Shown: positions 37,921 to 52,230, counted from the stretch's first letter. The stretch is DNA of 64,000 nucleotides from Heptranchias perlo (GCF_035084215.1 NC_090370.1:4712001-4776000), one strand, 5' to 3'. Translations and numbers: made by a program. Notes: a model not told the origin generated them from the sequence alone.

Positions 37921-38759
37921 TAAGAGATAGGATTGTGGGGTTGGGTCCAATATTAGATACATATCTTCAACCAGTCTTTGGCCCCTGTCTGGAAACATGC
38001 AACTTGGAGCTAACCTTTGACTTGTACCCCTGGAGGCAGGGTGTTTTCACATTGGCATGTAATATAGGGATAGGCTTCCTTGTCCTTTTGGTTCTACAAG
38101 AGCATTTTTGCTTCTTGTCTACTGCTACAACACACTTTTCATTAAACCAGGGTTGTGAGACAATCCCAGAGAGTAGCTGCTTAGATGGGATATGGCAGTA
38201 CTTTGCTGGAAATGATCTGTTTGGTCTGAGGCCAATTCTGAACCTTTTGACTGATGAATGGTGTGCTAGTCCAAGGTAGCAATTTCCCACTTGAGACAAT
38301 TTCAATTTTTCATGTCACTGAGCCACAGTTTGCATTTAATATTCCCTTCAAGATACTAATGAAAGGTTAGCCAAGATGAGACACACAAATTGGTGCGGTG
38401 CAAAGTGTTTTCAGGTGATCAGGGGAGTCAGTCAATACTAAATCTAAATAGATTGACTTAGGAATGATTGGTAGTGACAATGTGAGCACCAAAAAAACAT
38501 TTTAAAAGAATATTTCAATATCAGATGTGAGTTTTTATTCCAAATTACAATTATACTGAAGTCGCACACCTTTTATATAAATTTGCGAAAAAAAATTGTA
38601 ATTGTTCAGATTTATTGTAAATGAAGTTTTTGTTCTATTCATAAGGTTCATTTCCTGACAACTTGTAAAATTTATTATCCACTTAAAGATGGACTCTGTC
38701 TTATTTTAATAAATTCTACATTTTTGCCCAGTTTGAAACAGATCCATCGAGATGAAAAA

Positions 38760-39055
38760 GGTCTAAGTTTGATTTCTCGTCTGTGCCAAGTTAGTGGATT
38801 GCAGACAGCTCCAGCTCGTGATCACTGTCCAGTGAGCCCCGCTGGAGAGTGCGTATGTACGGGCATTGGGTGAACACAAGATGAGGCTCGGCTGTGACGA
38901 CCCTCATGATTGAAAAGCCTGCCGACACTCACTGTCTCGGCTCACATATGAAGAGTGCTCACTTGGGCAAGGTACTGAGGCCCCCAGGGCCCATGGTCCT
39001 GTACCACAGCAACAATCAGTGCTTCGGGAAAGATGAGGAGAAAATCAGGGGAAAA
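38760..39055 (+). mobile_element. tRNA-derived SINE (family A), partial
   Basis: agcctgccgacactcactgtctcggctcacatatgaagagtgctcacttgggcaaggtact. Confidence 0.7.
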
Positions 39056-40749
39056 ATATGAATTTCAATAGTTTACCCACAAACAAAACTCATGTGCTGT
39101 GCTGTGGTGGAGAAATCCAGCTTGTAACCAGCAAAGGGGAAGTTGCTATTGTTTTACTTTCATATAATACATTCTGGGAAGAATGACATCACTATTGAAC
39201 AGCTTTTGCTCCTGTATTGTTTAAGATGAACTATTCTTAAAATCTTATGTAGGGCACACATTTCCTGGCCACAAATCTCATTTCCGGTTGTAACAATTTT
39301 TGGTTATGCTTTTCTGTCAACGTTAACCATTGTAAACTGCAATGCCAATATTTCCCATTCAATTTTGTTATGTCAACTGTCAAAGTGTAGTTGCAGCCCC
39401 TGGCCATTATGTGGCACTGTGGAGCAAATTCCAGAAGTTTCTCTCCCAACTCCATCGCCATTTTGTATATAAAATGTGCTTAGATTTGTCAACTGACCAT
39501 GGGCACTGTACTATTATTATGTAAATACATATGTATTCATCAGAGGGAGCGAGTCAGGTAAGTGATATTCATTGGGTAATCTCCTAGCTGACATGTGGGT
39601 AGTCAGCAAATTAGAGCATGTGCTGCTGAAGGAATAAAAACAAAGACAGTGATTTTGCTAAATTTTGCTTTGCACAAGCTGGCTACAATTACATCATCCT
39701 TTCCAGAATGGACTGTACGGAAAGAAACAATGGCATGTGCCTGATGCTGAACTAAAATGCAATGGTACAAACTGCATTTCTCCACCATACAGCATTGAGT
39801 GGATTACAACACTCGGCACAGGATTTCTTCCATACACAAATTGTAGAAAAATAGGGTATTGTCCCCTTTTAAACATTCAGATCCATTTAACTTCAGTTTT
39901 GGTCAAAAATTTTAGATGCAGTTAAAGGAAATTGCCATATTGGTCGTTCAATAAAATTTAATATTGAATAGCTCAAAAAATTTTGGAGTCCCTAGTACTT
40001 AACATAGACCTTATATAATGTTGACCCACCTCTCCCTTTTGAGTGAATTGTCTCATTGCATAATATTAAGAGCCGAACAAATAATGTGGAAAGTATCGGT
40101 TGAATTCAACTCATGATAGTGGAACAGTCCATTTAGAGTAGATGATCAACATAAATGTAATAAAATGAACTAAGTAATCGTAATCTTCATTATAATTTAA
40201 TGATGGGATTCTTCACTTGTCAGAATTTTTTAAAAGTTGGTGGAAGAGTTCCTCTGTGGGTTAATTGTAGTGAAATCATAAACACAAAAGTATTTTCTGT
40301 TTTTATTAAAGAATGTATTTATGATTTCACTACAAATATTGAACAGTGGAAATCTCCCCTTGTCATTCTCAGTAATGATGAGGAGTTACTTGATGCCCAC
40401 AGCAGGCATTTCCATTCTTTTGGATCACATCTGGTGACTGCTATGGTCATTGTTTACACTGAGAAATCCTGCTTGACAGAACAAGAGCAAAACTGGAGCT
40501 TTTTGTGCTGCAAGAAAGTATATGAGATGAGAAGTGTGTACCACAGAGCAGAGGAATGTGGGTTTGTGCCTGCGATTGGCTACATGCTGAGTTCTTGATC
40601 TCAACAAAGCTGTTGTGTGTAGGCAACAACCAGAGACTAGGCAATTCCTACATGAGGGAGGGAGAAGTTGGACGGACAATTACCCTTGGCTACTCTCATG
40701 CATTTCCTAGTGGCCTATAATGGAGCAGCATTGGACCAAGCCTTTTATT

Positions 40750-41180
40750 CAATCACCCCTGTGCTCGCTGACCTACATTGCGTTCCGGTCCACCAACGCC
40801 TCAATTTTAAAATTCTCATCCCCGTGTTCAAATCTCTCCATGGCCTTGCCCCTCCCTATCTCTGTAACCTCCTCCAGCCTTCCAAGAGCTCTGCGTTCCT
40901 CCAACTCCGGACTTTTGTGCATCCCCCACTCTTTGCCCCATCATTAGCAGCCATGTCTTCAGCTGTCTAGGCCCTAAGCTCTGGAATTCCCTCCCTAAAC
41001 CTCTCCACCTCTCTCTCCTTTAAGACCCTCCTTAAAACTTACCTCTTTTATCAAGATATAGTCACCTGGCTTAACATCTCCTTCTTTGGCTCGGTGTCAA
41101 TTTTTGTCTGATTACGTTCCTGTTAAGCACCTTGTCATGCTTTACTGCATTAAAGATGCTATATATAAATGCAAGTTGTT
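40750..41180 (+). mobile_element. L2-type LINE 3' end
   Basis: SITPVLADLHCVPVHQRLNFKILIPVFKSLHGLAPPYLCNLL plus tail. Confidence 0.85.
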
Positions 41181-41799
41181 GTATTTCTTTATTTTGACAT
41201 TGGTGGAAAATCATGAGTAGCAGCAACCACTTTCATTAACTTAGCATTTCTAACATAGCTGCAAGAATAGATTTTGTAGCAGCATAAAAAAATACATAAA
41301 ATATATATGGCCTGTTGGGCTCTGCAGTGTATTTGTCTTTTGCTATTGAGTGTTGCCAGTTGGAGCACAATGAGTGAGAACAGTGTGGACCTGATTAGGC
41401 AAATCTATTGTACTGAGAGTTTATTTCAGTAAAATTCTGCTGACGGTGACAGAGTTAATGCCTGGATTTGAATACACCAGCTTGCTATTGGCTGGAGAAC
41501 TAGATAAAATCTGTCCAAATGGCAGCATATCCCTGACCTTTCTGCAGAGTTTTGACCCGCCCCCCCCCTTACAATAGATGTCAAAATTAGGGAATTGCTA
41601 AAACCTTGTTTTATTCTTACCTTAAATACCAGGGACTCAGTTTCTTTGAAATTACATGTGTTATAAGAAGGATGGTGAATTCTTCTGTGCTTAAGCATCC
41701 AAATAAACTTGATATTGTGTAAGGACCTCTGTTACAGACTGACATCCTGTGAGGACCTGTATCACTCAGCACTAATCCACAACAGCTGCTTTAATTTTT

Positions 41800-42180
41800 A
41801 AGTGAGTATGGGCACTATCCAGTCTGGTACTAAGCCATGCAGACCAAGAGGACCCCATGTTTGATTCCTGGTCTGTGCTGAGCTAACTGATCTCAGCTGG
41901 AACAGTAGATAGGGGTGCAACAATTGGTCTCAGCATTCTGGGCTAAGAAGGGAAAATTGTCCATTGTTCCTGCTCCTGATCATTACCTAATCACTCCTGC
42001 TGGAAAACAAGTATGCGTGGACATCAGGTGAGGACAGGCTCAGAGGCTTTGTTGCCCGCCATGGTTAAATAGCCTGTCACTCTCACTGTCATGGCTTACA
42101 CATGAAGGATCGCCACTTTGTCACCCATGGAACTGTACCCCAGTATGAGTCAGTGACTTCAGGAGAGGAAGGAAAATTGT
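41800..42180 (+). mobile_element. tRNA-derived SINE (family A), near full length
   Basis: Runs from head (ggtactaagccatgcagacc...tttgattcctggtctgtgctgagct) to tail (ttcaggagaggaagg). Confidence 0.75.
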
Positions 42181-42754
42181 ACAACAAAAATTAGGAATGA
42201 ACTCCATATAATATACACAATATTAGGTCCCTCTGGGGGATTACAGGCAGTAATCCGATCTAGGGGTTCAACTGACAACGATTCAAAGTTCACTTTTGTG
42301 GTTTATGATGTCATGTAAATTCCTTAATTAGATTACTGCCAGCCAGCCAGCGTCCTCTATGTGAGATGAGTATGTACAGAAAGTGTTGTATTTTTGCATA
42401 ATTTACTGTATTAAAAAAAATTGGTATTCTGTGAGGCCCAATGTCACAAAAGTCATTATCAGTGTCACAGAGCATTACTTTAATGAAGATAGCCATGATA
42501 TCAAAACAATCATATTAAAAACTATTTTTGAGAAATATCAAAACTGACTATGCATTAACTGTAAGTAATAGTGTCCGACTGTCATTGAATTTGGGATAGT
42601 AATTCAACCAAGATGATTAAAAGAGAGCAACAACAACTTGTATTTATGTAACCCCTTTAACTTAGGAAAATGTTGTTTGAGTTTCAGCTGTTTAGTGCTG
42701 TGTGTTCATGCACCAGCGCCATGATTGGATTAGTGTCTTGTCATTGTCATCTAA

Positions 42755-43182
42755 AGAAAGAAAGAACTTTCATTTATCCAGCACCTGTCACTTCCTCAGG
42801 ATGTCCCAAAGTGCTTCACAGCCAATGAAGTACTTTTGAATGTAGGAAACACAGCAGCCGATTTGTGCATAGCACAGTCCCACAAACATGAATGAGATAA
42901 ATGACCAGGTAATGTGTTTTAGTGATGTTGGTTGAGGGAATGGCCAGGGCACTGGGAGGACTCTGCTCTTTTTCAGAGAGTGCTATGGGATCTGTTATGT
43001 GCATCTAAGAGGGCAGACAAGGTCTTGGCTTAGTGTCTCATCCAAAAGACAATGCAGCATGTCCTCAGTACTGCACTGAAGTGTCAGCCTAGATTTTGTG
43101 CTCAGGTCTCTGGAGGGGGGTTAAACCCACAACCTTCTGACTCAGAACTAAGAGTGCTACCCACTGAGCCACAGCTGACACC
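42755..43182 (-). mobile_element. Deu-type SINE, near full length
   Basis: tRNA-like head (tgtcagctgtggctcagtgggtagcactctt), Deu domain and tail. Confidence 0.8.
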
Positions 43183-43699
43183 TGTAGAGGCTCTAAACAT
43201 AATGTGCATGTGAGGTTAGTGTGTGAGGAATATCTCTGTATTAACGGAAGTGTGAGGTTAGTGTGACTGGATTAATGGTAGTGTGAGGTATATCGCCATA
43301 TTAACAGCATTTGAGTTTAGAGTGTGTGTGGGAAATACCTCTGGCGTAACAGAAGTGTGAGGTTAGATGGGTAGTTTAAGAAAACCTAACTGCCGAAAGG
43401 AAGGCAGAAAATTAGTCACAGTGCTAGTCTAATTTCTTTATTGTCTATAAAGAAGCAAAATGAACACAACACTGTATAATTCAAATAACACTGAAAGAGT
43501 TATTACTGAGATAAATGAGAATAAAACTGAGGAATATAGTGCTGACAAGCTTTACTGATTCATTCAATTGCTCAAACAGAAATTTGCTATCAATATATAA
43601 ATTGAGTACCACGAGAGAGGTAGTACCAATAGTATTGAATGGGGTCAGGTAATAGCAGTTAACAAAACGCAAATAAAATGGCTACTTCTTATAATACTT

Positions 43700-44010
43700 A
43701 GATAAATCACACCCCTTCCTATGCACTTTCTGACATAACATCCCCTCCCTATGACGTTTGTTGATATATCATCGCTCTGATACAACACAGATTGATTAAA
43801 GCTCCCCACTCGCTGTAACACTGATATGTCATTCCCTCAAGGAAACTACTGACAGATATATCACACCTAACTACAACACTGTTCAATATCCCACACCCTC
43901 ACTACAACACTTAAATATCTCAGACAATCACTACAATGCTGTTTGATATACCACACCCTCGTTCTAACTGGATATCACACATCTAATGAACTCCCAGATA
44001 TACCACATCA
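43700..44010. repeat. Degenerate ~30-bp tandem repeat
   Basis: gatatatcacaccctcactacaacact-like units recur. Confidence 0.5.
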
Positions 44011-45339
44011 TATGACATAACACATATTCATGACTCTCAAATAGAAAATTCATATAATGGAGCCAGTGTAGAACATTTTTTACAGCTCCTAATGACAGTT
44101 ATAGTTATGGTTTGCTACAGTAATAACTATTCCCATTTTCTTTTCTGATAATTGCAAGTTTGTTCTTTATTCACCTGTACTCACAAGGGGCTGAAAGGAT
44201 GTTATATTCAATTTTTATTTCAACAAATCTGTATCTAATATCTGTTACTAACAGTAGATTCTGTTTGGTTCTTTCAGTGAAACACAAAACAGTTATAAAA
44301 AGTCTTAGAATGCTTGTTATTACAACCTAGTATTGCTGCTGTGAAAATATGAAAACTTAAATATCATAAGATTTATAATAGGGTCAATGCAAGGATTAAA
44401 AATTAGGTCTCCGCATCTATTAAGGGAAGAGTGGGCCTAAAAAGTTAAGTTTCCTTTCCCAAGAGTGAGTCGGGTACAAGAATATTTCATTGGCCATTCA
44501 TCCCTGGGAGCCCAAATCTTTAAAGTGAAAATGACCTCTCCGATAGCTGCGAAATGGGTTTGGGGTATTCTCAGTCTAATTCCCAGTGGAGATGAGCCCA
44601 CAGCACAAAAACTGCTGACAATTTGGCACAAGATGTGAAATCCATTCAGAATGACTTGCGTGGAAAACAGAAAAATCACATCAGTGCTCTACTAAGGCTG
44701 GGGTTACGGCACATTGTTGAAGCAGAATAGATCACCCTGGAGCTATACCTGATCTGGGAGTGCTTAAGGCTGAGTAACAAATTCTGAAATTATTCCATTG
44801 CTTTAGGAAAATCATCCCTCACAATGATGAGCTGAAAATTTGACAAAAAGAATTTCTTGTTTTCTGGACAGTAACTCAAACCTGAGAGTCTTTAGAACAA
44901 GCTATCTGTATAAATATTAGTGTAACTTTGTATCTATAGTGAAGTACAGGAAGTTCCCTGACTGTTCCTTCTGACCTGGAGGTGTTTGAAAGCTGTACGT
45001 AGTGTAGCTGAAATGGTTGAACAACACACAACATGTCTTTTTGATATGCTGAAGTCTTTTCTCGTTTGTTACCAACTGAACTTAATAACAAACCTTACAT
45101 GGCGTCAGATTTAGAAATAACTCACTTTAAATCTACCAAAATCTTTTTAAAATGAGATACAGGAGAAAAAAAGAGAATATTTGAAGTCAGCTTTTATTTT
45201 ATTTTCAACTGAGCGCTCTAAACTGATCAGGGACTATTTCTGTTTGACTGTATCCTGCTCTATGTGACTGACTATATCCTGCTGTATGTGATTTGATTAG
45301 CTGAGAAGTCATTTAAAATAGAAAATTAAAGTGTTAAGC

Positions 45340-47110
45340 ACCAGGAATGAAGCCACTGAACAGTTCTTCAAATCTATTATTCAAAATATACCGTTCCCAG
45401 CAAAACTAGAGATGGCAGGTAATCTAGCTAGCATTTGGAAAAGCTTCAAGGAAATTTGGGACAATTATGAGATTGTATCATATTTCATTAAGCAGCCAAA
45501 TTATGTCAGAACTGCTACACTAATTACCAGTATGGTCAAAGAGGCACTGTAAATACTTGTTAGTCTTCAGTTTAGGACGGATGAAGACAAGCCTGATATA
45601 GAGGTTGTTCTTAGAAGATAGAATAGGTTTGTGTTAAAAAAAAACGAATGAAACCTTATAAGAAATTTTGGAACGTTCCTGAATTAGACTGTATGAAAAA
45701 GAAAGAAGCCTGTACTGCATGGGGTCAGAAGTGTACAGAACAGAACTATTTCTCAGCCAAATGTCCAATGTCCAGAAATTGAAACAAAGGCAAACAGCAG
45801 CTACATACTGTAGATGAAGCTTTTTGTATCTTAGATGAAGGTTACATTCTCTCAATTGAAATTGTTGGATCTGTAGAAGACCAATATGCCAACAAGTTAT
45901 TTGCCAACATAGTTATAAACAGCAAGCATGTTAGATTTCAGCTTGATTGTAGTGGTGCTGTTAACGTTCTACCTGAGAATGAATGCCTGGGACTGTTTGA
46001 TGGAAGAGAGGTTTAGTATTTTAACACTTCAGTGCTCATGTTCAACAAAACAAAAGTGAAACTATTGGCGAAGAGTTAGTGTTAAAAACCCTGAAGACAA
46101 AAGTACACCACTGAGATTTAATAGTGCCAAGTGGATGTGGACTTGTTCTAGGTTCCAGAGTCATTAGGTTTAGTAGAATGATACCCGGACTTCAAGGGTT
46201 AAGTTACGAGGAGAGATTACACAAATTGGGGTTGTATTCTCTGGAGTTTCGAAGGTTAAGGGGTGATCTGATCGAAGTTTATAAGATATTAAGGGGAACA
46301 GATAGGGTGGATAGAGAGAAACTTTTTCTGCTGGTTGGGGATTCTAGGAGTAGGGGGCACAGTCTAAAAATTAGAGCCAGACCTTTCAGGAGTGAGATTA
46401 GAAAACATTTCTACACACAAAGGGTGGTAGAAGTTTGGAACTCTCTTCCGCAAACGGCAATTGATACTAGCTCAATTGCTAAATTTAAATCTGAGATAGA
46501 TAGCTTTTTGGCAACCAAAGGTATTAAGGGATATGGGCCAAAGGCAGGTATATATATATATGGAGCTAGATCACAGATCAGCCATGATATAATCAAATGG
46601 TGGAGCAGGCATGAGGGGCTGAATGGCCTACTCCTGTTCCTATGTTCAACATATGCAACTTGTGACAGTAAATCACAAAACAAGATGCAGCAGTCAAATA
46701 CCAGGATGTTTTCAAAGGAGAGAAGTTAGAAGGCACTTTTCACCTTCAAATTGATCTCAAGGTATCACTACACAGTTGCCAGCTAGAAACCTTCCTCCAG
46801 CTGTAAAAGAACTTATTAAGGACAATAATGAGATTATTGATAGAAAAGTTCTTGCAGTTCCCAACTTACTGGATCTCTTCAGTGGTGGTAATGAAAGGGA
46901 ATGATAAAGTTTGCCTCTGCATTGATCCCAAGCCACTTAACAAAGCCCTCAAACATGATCACTACCCACTTTAGACCATAGGTGATGTTCTGCCTAAACT
47001 AGTAAAAGCAAAACTATTCATAGTTGTGGCTGCAAACAATGATGTATTGTATTAGATGAAGAATCAAGTTTTCTGACTAGCTTTGCAACACCATTTGGAA
47101 GATACAGATG
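45340..47110 (+). mobile_element. Gypsy/Ty3 LTR-retrotransposon internal remnant (gag-protease-RT)
   Basis: gag-like LEMAGNLASIWKSFKEIWDNYEI; protease-like VRFQLDCSGAVNVLP; RT-like WISSVVV..KVCLCIDPKPLNKAL and FLTSFATPFGRYR; many stops. Confidence 0.75.
46165..46645 (+). mobile_element. Young-looking CR1 3' end nested in the Gypsy remnant
   Basis: Uninterrupted RMIPGLQGLSYEERLHKLGLYSLEFRRLRGDLIEVYKI...HFYTQRVVEVWNSLP. Confidence 0.9.
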
Positions 47111-48479
47111 TAAATACACAACAGGTCAGTCAGTATCTGTAAAGAGAAAAGACTTCACATATATACCCTTCATTATTTCAGATTTCCAGTCTTTTCAGTT
47201 ATTTTTACTTGCACTCCCATCTGACCTTAGGCCAAATTCTAGAATATCTGTATCATTGTCAAAAGGCTCTTGCTTTGTACTGCAGGACACGAGCACATTT
47301 TGGCATAGAGCAAATGATTCTCCCTCTGTTTGCTGCTGTGTATCTTTTCAGCAGTGTGTCATGATGTTTAAGTTGACTTGATATGGCCTGCCTTCTTGCC
47401 CACTCCCCCCAGCTGATTTTATCTCTTTAAAGATGACACACCCTCGTGCTACACAATACTCCCGTGGTCTGCCAAATGTTGATGACACATCTAATAAACA
47501 CTTAATAATAAAAAGACATTTTAAAAAATTACGGGAACTTGTATCAGCTTTTCAAAATTATCTAAAGGAAAAATAAAGCAAAATTATGCAAAGCTATCGC
47601 CTTCTTGGCAGCCCTCTGAAATTGTTCCATTGAATTAAAATTTGAATCTTTATTCAGTGTTATGAAGGATCTCACAGCGCCAATTAAAATAAACTGAATC
47701 TGTGTCTTAAAGTGTTATATCGCAGGGGTAATCAAAGCTCAAACTGATTCTACCTTAATTAATAGAATTTGGCCCAATTAGTATAAACTGCATACTTATA
47801 ATACTTTTGTAATTTTGTTAAAAACAAATCCATAATATTTTGGAGAGATTTAAAAGGATTAATTAATGAGGTTGTGTACATGCTGTTATGTTTTTGAGGT
47901 TTTTCTTTTGATATTTTTGGCCTCCATGCTTCAGATTACACTTATAGGCAAGCCCCAGTTCCCTTTGTGCATAGAGAGTGTTTTCACTTGCCAAATAGCT
48001 AGGTACATCTGTCACCCCCACGGTATGAACACAGAATTTCAGCTACTGGTTTTAGCACATGACCCTCCTTGTCTTCGGAAGGTGGCAGAATAACACTGCA
48101 TTAGACTTTAACTTATGCTTTTGCTACCAAACAAATTTACTAACCAGTAAAAGAACAAGTGAATATTAGCAGTGACACAATTTTTTTTGTAGTAGGTGTT
48201 AAGCTTAGCCAGCTCCTCAAGTAGTAGAAAATAATAAATAGACCTTGTTATAACTATGCAGATTAATTGGCTTCCAAGGATCAGTTTTAATGAGGATACA
48301 ATGCACTGCAAACTATTTATTTTTTAAATCACTAATATTTTGTAGAGTTCCTGTTCTGCTCTGAGGGGTTTTAAACAGAAACTGCTTTCTTTCACAACTT
48401 TTGTCTCCCACTACCTGTATCAAAAGTGAATCATAAATCTGATGTGGTACATAAGGCTAATGAAAATACATGAGGTTCC

Positions 48480-49400
48480 CCTTTCTTCCCAAACAAATTT
48501 TATCTCCTCTTCTGAAAATGTTGAGCTCTTGCTGGGATACGTTCCATTAGCATCAGCAACTTCCTTGTACTGACCCAAGTGGCCATTCTTCACATGTGAG
48601 TCAAGACAGTAAAAGGACTGATAATGCAATGGTATAAATGTGTGGAGGCCTAAGGCCTATCCCACACCTGATGCATTTAGTGCCCTAATGCGGCTGGCCA
48701 GCACACAAGCTGTGCACAAGGCTCATTAAGGCCCCATATTTTATTTAAATTAGGGAATTTCCCTGTGATGTGACATGTCTGGTGTGCCTGAGCAGCACTC
48801 CAGTTACACAGCCCCTATTTGGGACGAGCATTGAATAAAACGCCTATTTTTTAAAAAAGATTACTTGTTGGCCCTTCCCACTCCCTCCCTGTTGCCACCT
48901 TTCCCCTTCACCTCAGGAAAAACTGCTGGTACTCCACATGCAGCCAAGGGCCCTTCACTGGCTGCTGTTAACCAAAATTCCAGCTGTGCCCCCCTGCCAA
49001 AACCTAGCACACTATGAGATATACAATGAGAGCACCAGAAAAATATTTAAATGAACTGACCATGCATTATTGGGCAAGTTCAGCATATTTGTACACAGGC
49101 ATAGCCAGTGCTTAAAGAACATTGTTAGCGGGTCATTCAACTATAGCAGATATCGCAGCCCAGCTGACGTTCATGTGTGTACTTTCTAGCAGAAGGTCAA
49201 TGAACAGGAGCGGAAACCTGGCTGATATTTTGCCCTCCCTAACCCAAGAGCCCTGACACCAATAGAAGTGCCCCAACTGCTGGCCTGGTGAGATCAACTA
49301 ATTCAGCACACCATGGGGGATTTGAACTTGGAACTTTCTGGTCTGTATGGATCAGTACCCACTAGCCAGCACACTCACCAACAGAGCCATCAGGGGTGTT
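48480..49400 (-). mobile_element. Family A SINE split by a ~0.5 kb insertion
   Basis: 3' half at 48480-48630 (cccaagtggccattcttcacatgtgag) and 5' half at 49130-49400. Confidence 0.55.
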
Positions 49401-49526
49401 AACACTAATTGACTTCCATATGTTAATATTTGTGACAAACCATGTCTCTAGCACAGATTCAAGAAAGAAATCCCTTTAAGGTCAGGCTATCTATATAGGT
49501 AAGTAGATAAATGTATAATGTTAACT

Positions 49527-49745
49527 TTAGTTGTGGTCCTGCACTTTTGCAGTCTGTTTAGCTCGCATTGCGGACTGAGTGACCGTGAGTAAGGATGATC
49601 GGGACACGCTGGCGGTTTCCACAATTTCAATATCTTTGCAGGTGATACAGGCAATGAGCTTTTCTTGGGATGCGCTGGAGGCAAAAAAGAACTCATAAGA
49701 AATACCACCGAGGACAGCACCAAGGATAGGGCCAATCCAGTACAC
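49527..49745 (-). CDS. aqp14: Aquaporin-14 exon 5 (219 nt incl. stop)
   Basis: ttgcag|VYWIGPILGAVLGGISYEFFFASSASQEKLIACITCKDIEIVETASVSRSSLLTVTQSAMRAKQ...; Aqp14-type C-terminus. Confidence 0.92.
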   Translation of the reverse strand: MYWIGPILGAVLGGISYEFFFASSASQEKLIACITCKDIEIVETASVSRSSLLTVTQSAMRAKQTAKVQDHN

Positions 49746-51059
49746 CTGCAAGAACAATGAATAGAAAGTTCCTATTAATATTATTAGCAGTCACTGTTTT
49801 ATGTGGTGGCTTATCCATGCATTAGTTACACCACTGTTAACTTAACCTAATAGCATTGAGTTCTAGGCTGGTGCCTGTCACTTGAATCCATCTGCTACCG
49901 TTATTTAAAAAATAAATATTCTTCATTTTCAACCAAGCCACTGAAATAAGACACTTCATTAACAACCATGTACACGTGCCACTGAGAACCCCTGCCAAAC
50001 ACAGTTAGAATCCAGGGCTGGAATGGAGGTCTGCGCCATGAGAGCACAAACTTCACATTACTGAAGTTGACCTTTGTTGCGGGAATGTTTGAACAGATGG
50101 TGTTAGCTTGGTCCCAGGTCCCTGGAATCTCGTTCCATAACCCAACACTATAAGTGGTACAGGAGAGATGGTCATGGTGACTCTCTCTAATTTGCTTTCT
50201 GTCCTGGTAGGAGAAATGACCTCTGTTTGGTACTTCTTTAATGACTTGGACTGAAAACTCACCACATGAGGAAATTACTTTTAAAAAAAGAAATGCTCCA
50301 AACTCTAGAGTAACAGTAAAAAAAATGTAAATACTGCTAGGGGTAAAATGAGCAATAAACCTGAAGGCAACAGAAGGGGATTTCAAAGCAAACAGCTTTG
50401 CACTCTGCACAAGCCCTAGCCGGTATTGCATTGTTAATGCTGTTGGCATATCTTCAGTAGACGGCCTGACAAAGATAACATTAGAAAGTTTTCCTCAAAG
50501 GCAAGGGAAGTACATGATTTTTTTAAACATCCTTTGGGTAAGTGTACCTTATTGCAAGTACCTCTTCCCCAGTATTGTTTCTTTAACAGAGATTTTATTG
50601 GGAACAGGGAAAGGCCATTTGGTATATCAAGCTTGTCACTTTTTCAAACAACAGTCCCACCACTCACTTTGTCACCATATCCCTCAATCCTTTCTCCAAA
50701 ATCATTTCTCCAAAATCATATCTAGTTGTCTCTTGAACTCATTCATAGTGTCTGCTTCAATGACCTTCGCTGGTAACATTACCCTTTCATCCCCCAAAAA
50801 AGTTCCACCTTCCATAAGACTGAAGAATGTCACCCCTTTGAGTATTTAATGAACATTGTAGCTTTTAATTGTAAATAAAGTGAAACTGGCCTCACAGATT
50901 ACTTGCATAGAAATCACTGACGTAACTTTGGCTTAAGTGTGGCGGAAACGGGGTTTCCAGTGAACTTCCGGCAGCAGAGCAGAAGTAGTTCCGTGGAAAC
51001 TCCCGGCAATATTGAGCTAGGAATGAAAATCCTATCTGACTCCAACAGGCTTTTAAAAA

Positions 51060-51480
51060 TCATGCTCCCCTCCTCTTCTAAAGGCGCTGACTTATGATGA
51101 GGTCTGGTTCTACATGGCCTGGCAACCTTCCATTACCTCACCCAAGTAGCCATGCTTAGCACATGAAGCCAGATGATAAATGTTGGCAGGCTCCTTCACC
51201 ATGGTCCCATCAAAGCCAAGACTATTCTCCCCTCACCTGATGTCCACACATTTGTACTTTTCAGCAGAGTTCAGTGAATGACGATCAGGAGTGGAAACCC
51301 TGGATTATTTATTTCCCCTCTTAACAAAGGGGCAAGTCAAATTGTAGCACCCCTTCCCCCACTACATGGCTAAAATCAGTTAAGTTAGCACAATCCAGGA
51401 TTGAACCTGGGACTTTCATGGTGTGTATGGTTCAGTACACCACTGGTACATTTATCCTCTACGTGACTAGAGGTGCTTCT
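51060..51480 (-). mobile_element. tRNA-derived SINE (family A)
   Basis: cccaagtagccat and ccaggattgaacctgggactttc motifs. Confidence 0.65.
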
Positions 51481-52011
51481 CTATCAGTTTTTGAAATAAA
51501 CTTCAATCTGGCTTAAAACTGCACTTTGTTGAGCATCATTATCAGCTAGAATCAGGGGCTGTCAAGAGACCAAGGCTAGGGATTGTAGCACCAGGGTACA
51601 TTTTTCGGCCACAAGCACAGAACAGTCCTGTGACAAGAACAACGGGATCGATTTGTGTTGCATTCGATCTTCCGGATGGCCTAAAGTGTTCTGATCTAAA
51701 ATGTGCGAGAACTTCATTAAAGCCCTGATTGCTATGCAAATACAGAGTATTTACCCGATTGAATGATTTCCTGATTTTTGCCCCAGGAATGTATTGCGTG
51801 CTTAGTTCGCCATTATAAAGTGGGTGACAAAGGGCAAGTATGATCTGGCCTTTGGGGAACTGAGTACTTAAAAGTTGCAGAGTGAATTGATGGGGCAAAT
51901 ACCCAATCACCTCCATTCTGGCCGGGAGTAGTGGTATCACTATATGCAGCCCCTTTGTGTTGCTGGATTTTGATCTCTGGAATTTTACTTGCTGCGCTTC
52001 TCATTACTGCA

Positions 52012-52230
52012 ATTTTTGCTTTCTCAATTTTCCATCCCTAGATTTTTGCTTGCTGCGTTTTGCTTTTCTGCACTTTTGCTTGCTGCGTTTTGCTTTTCTG
52101 CACTTTTGCTTGCTGCGTTTTGCTTTTCTGCACTTTTGCTTGCTGCGTTTTGCTTTTCTGCACTTTTGCTTGCTGCATTTTGCTTGCCGCATTTTGCTTT
52201 ACTGCATGTTTGCTTTTCTACATTTTGCTT
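52012..52230. repeat. 30-bp tandem repeat (~7 copies, central ones identical)
   Basis: Unit ttttgcttgctgcgttttgcttttctgcac. Confidence 0.92.

Noticed and set aside
46124-46729. 201-aa ORF as a host gene
   Set aside because: It is the C-terminus of CR1 ORF2 embedded in a Gypsy remnant.
49901-50449. 182-aa intronic ORF in aqp14 intron 4 (also 12984-13412 and 11979-12374)
   Set aside because: No recognisable domain or splice context; consistent with chance ORFs.
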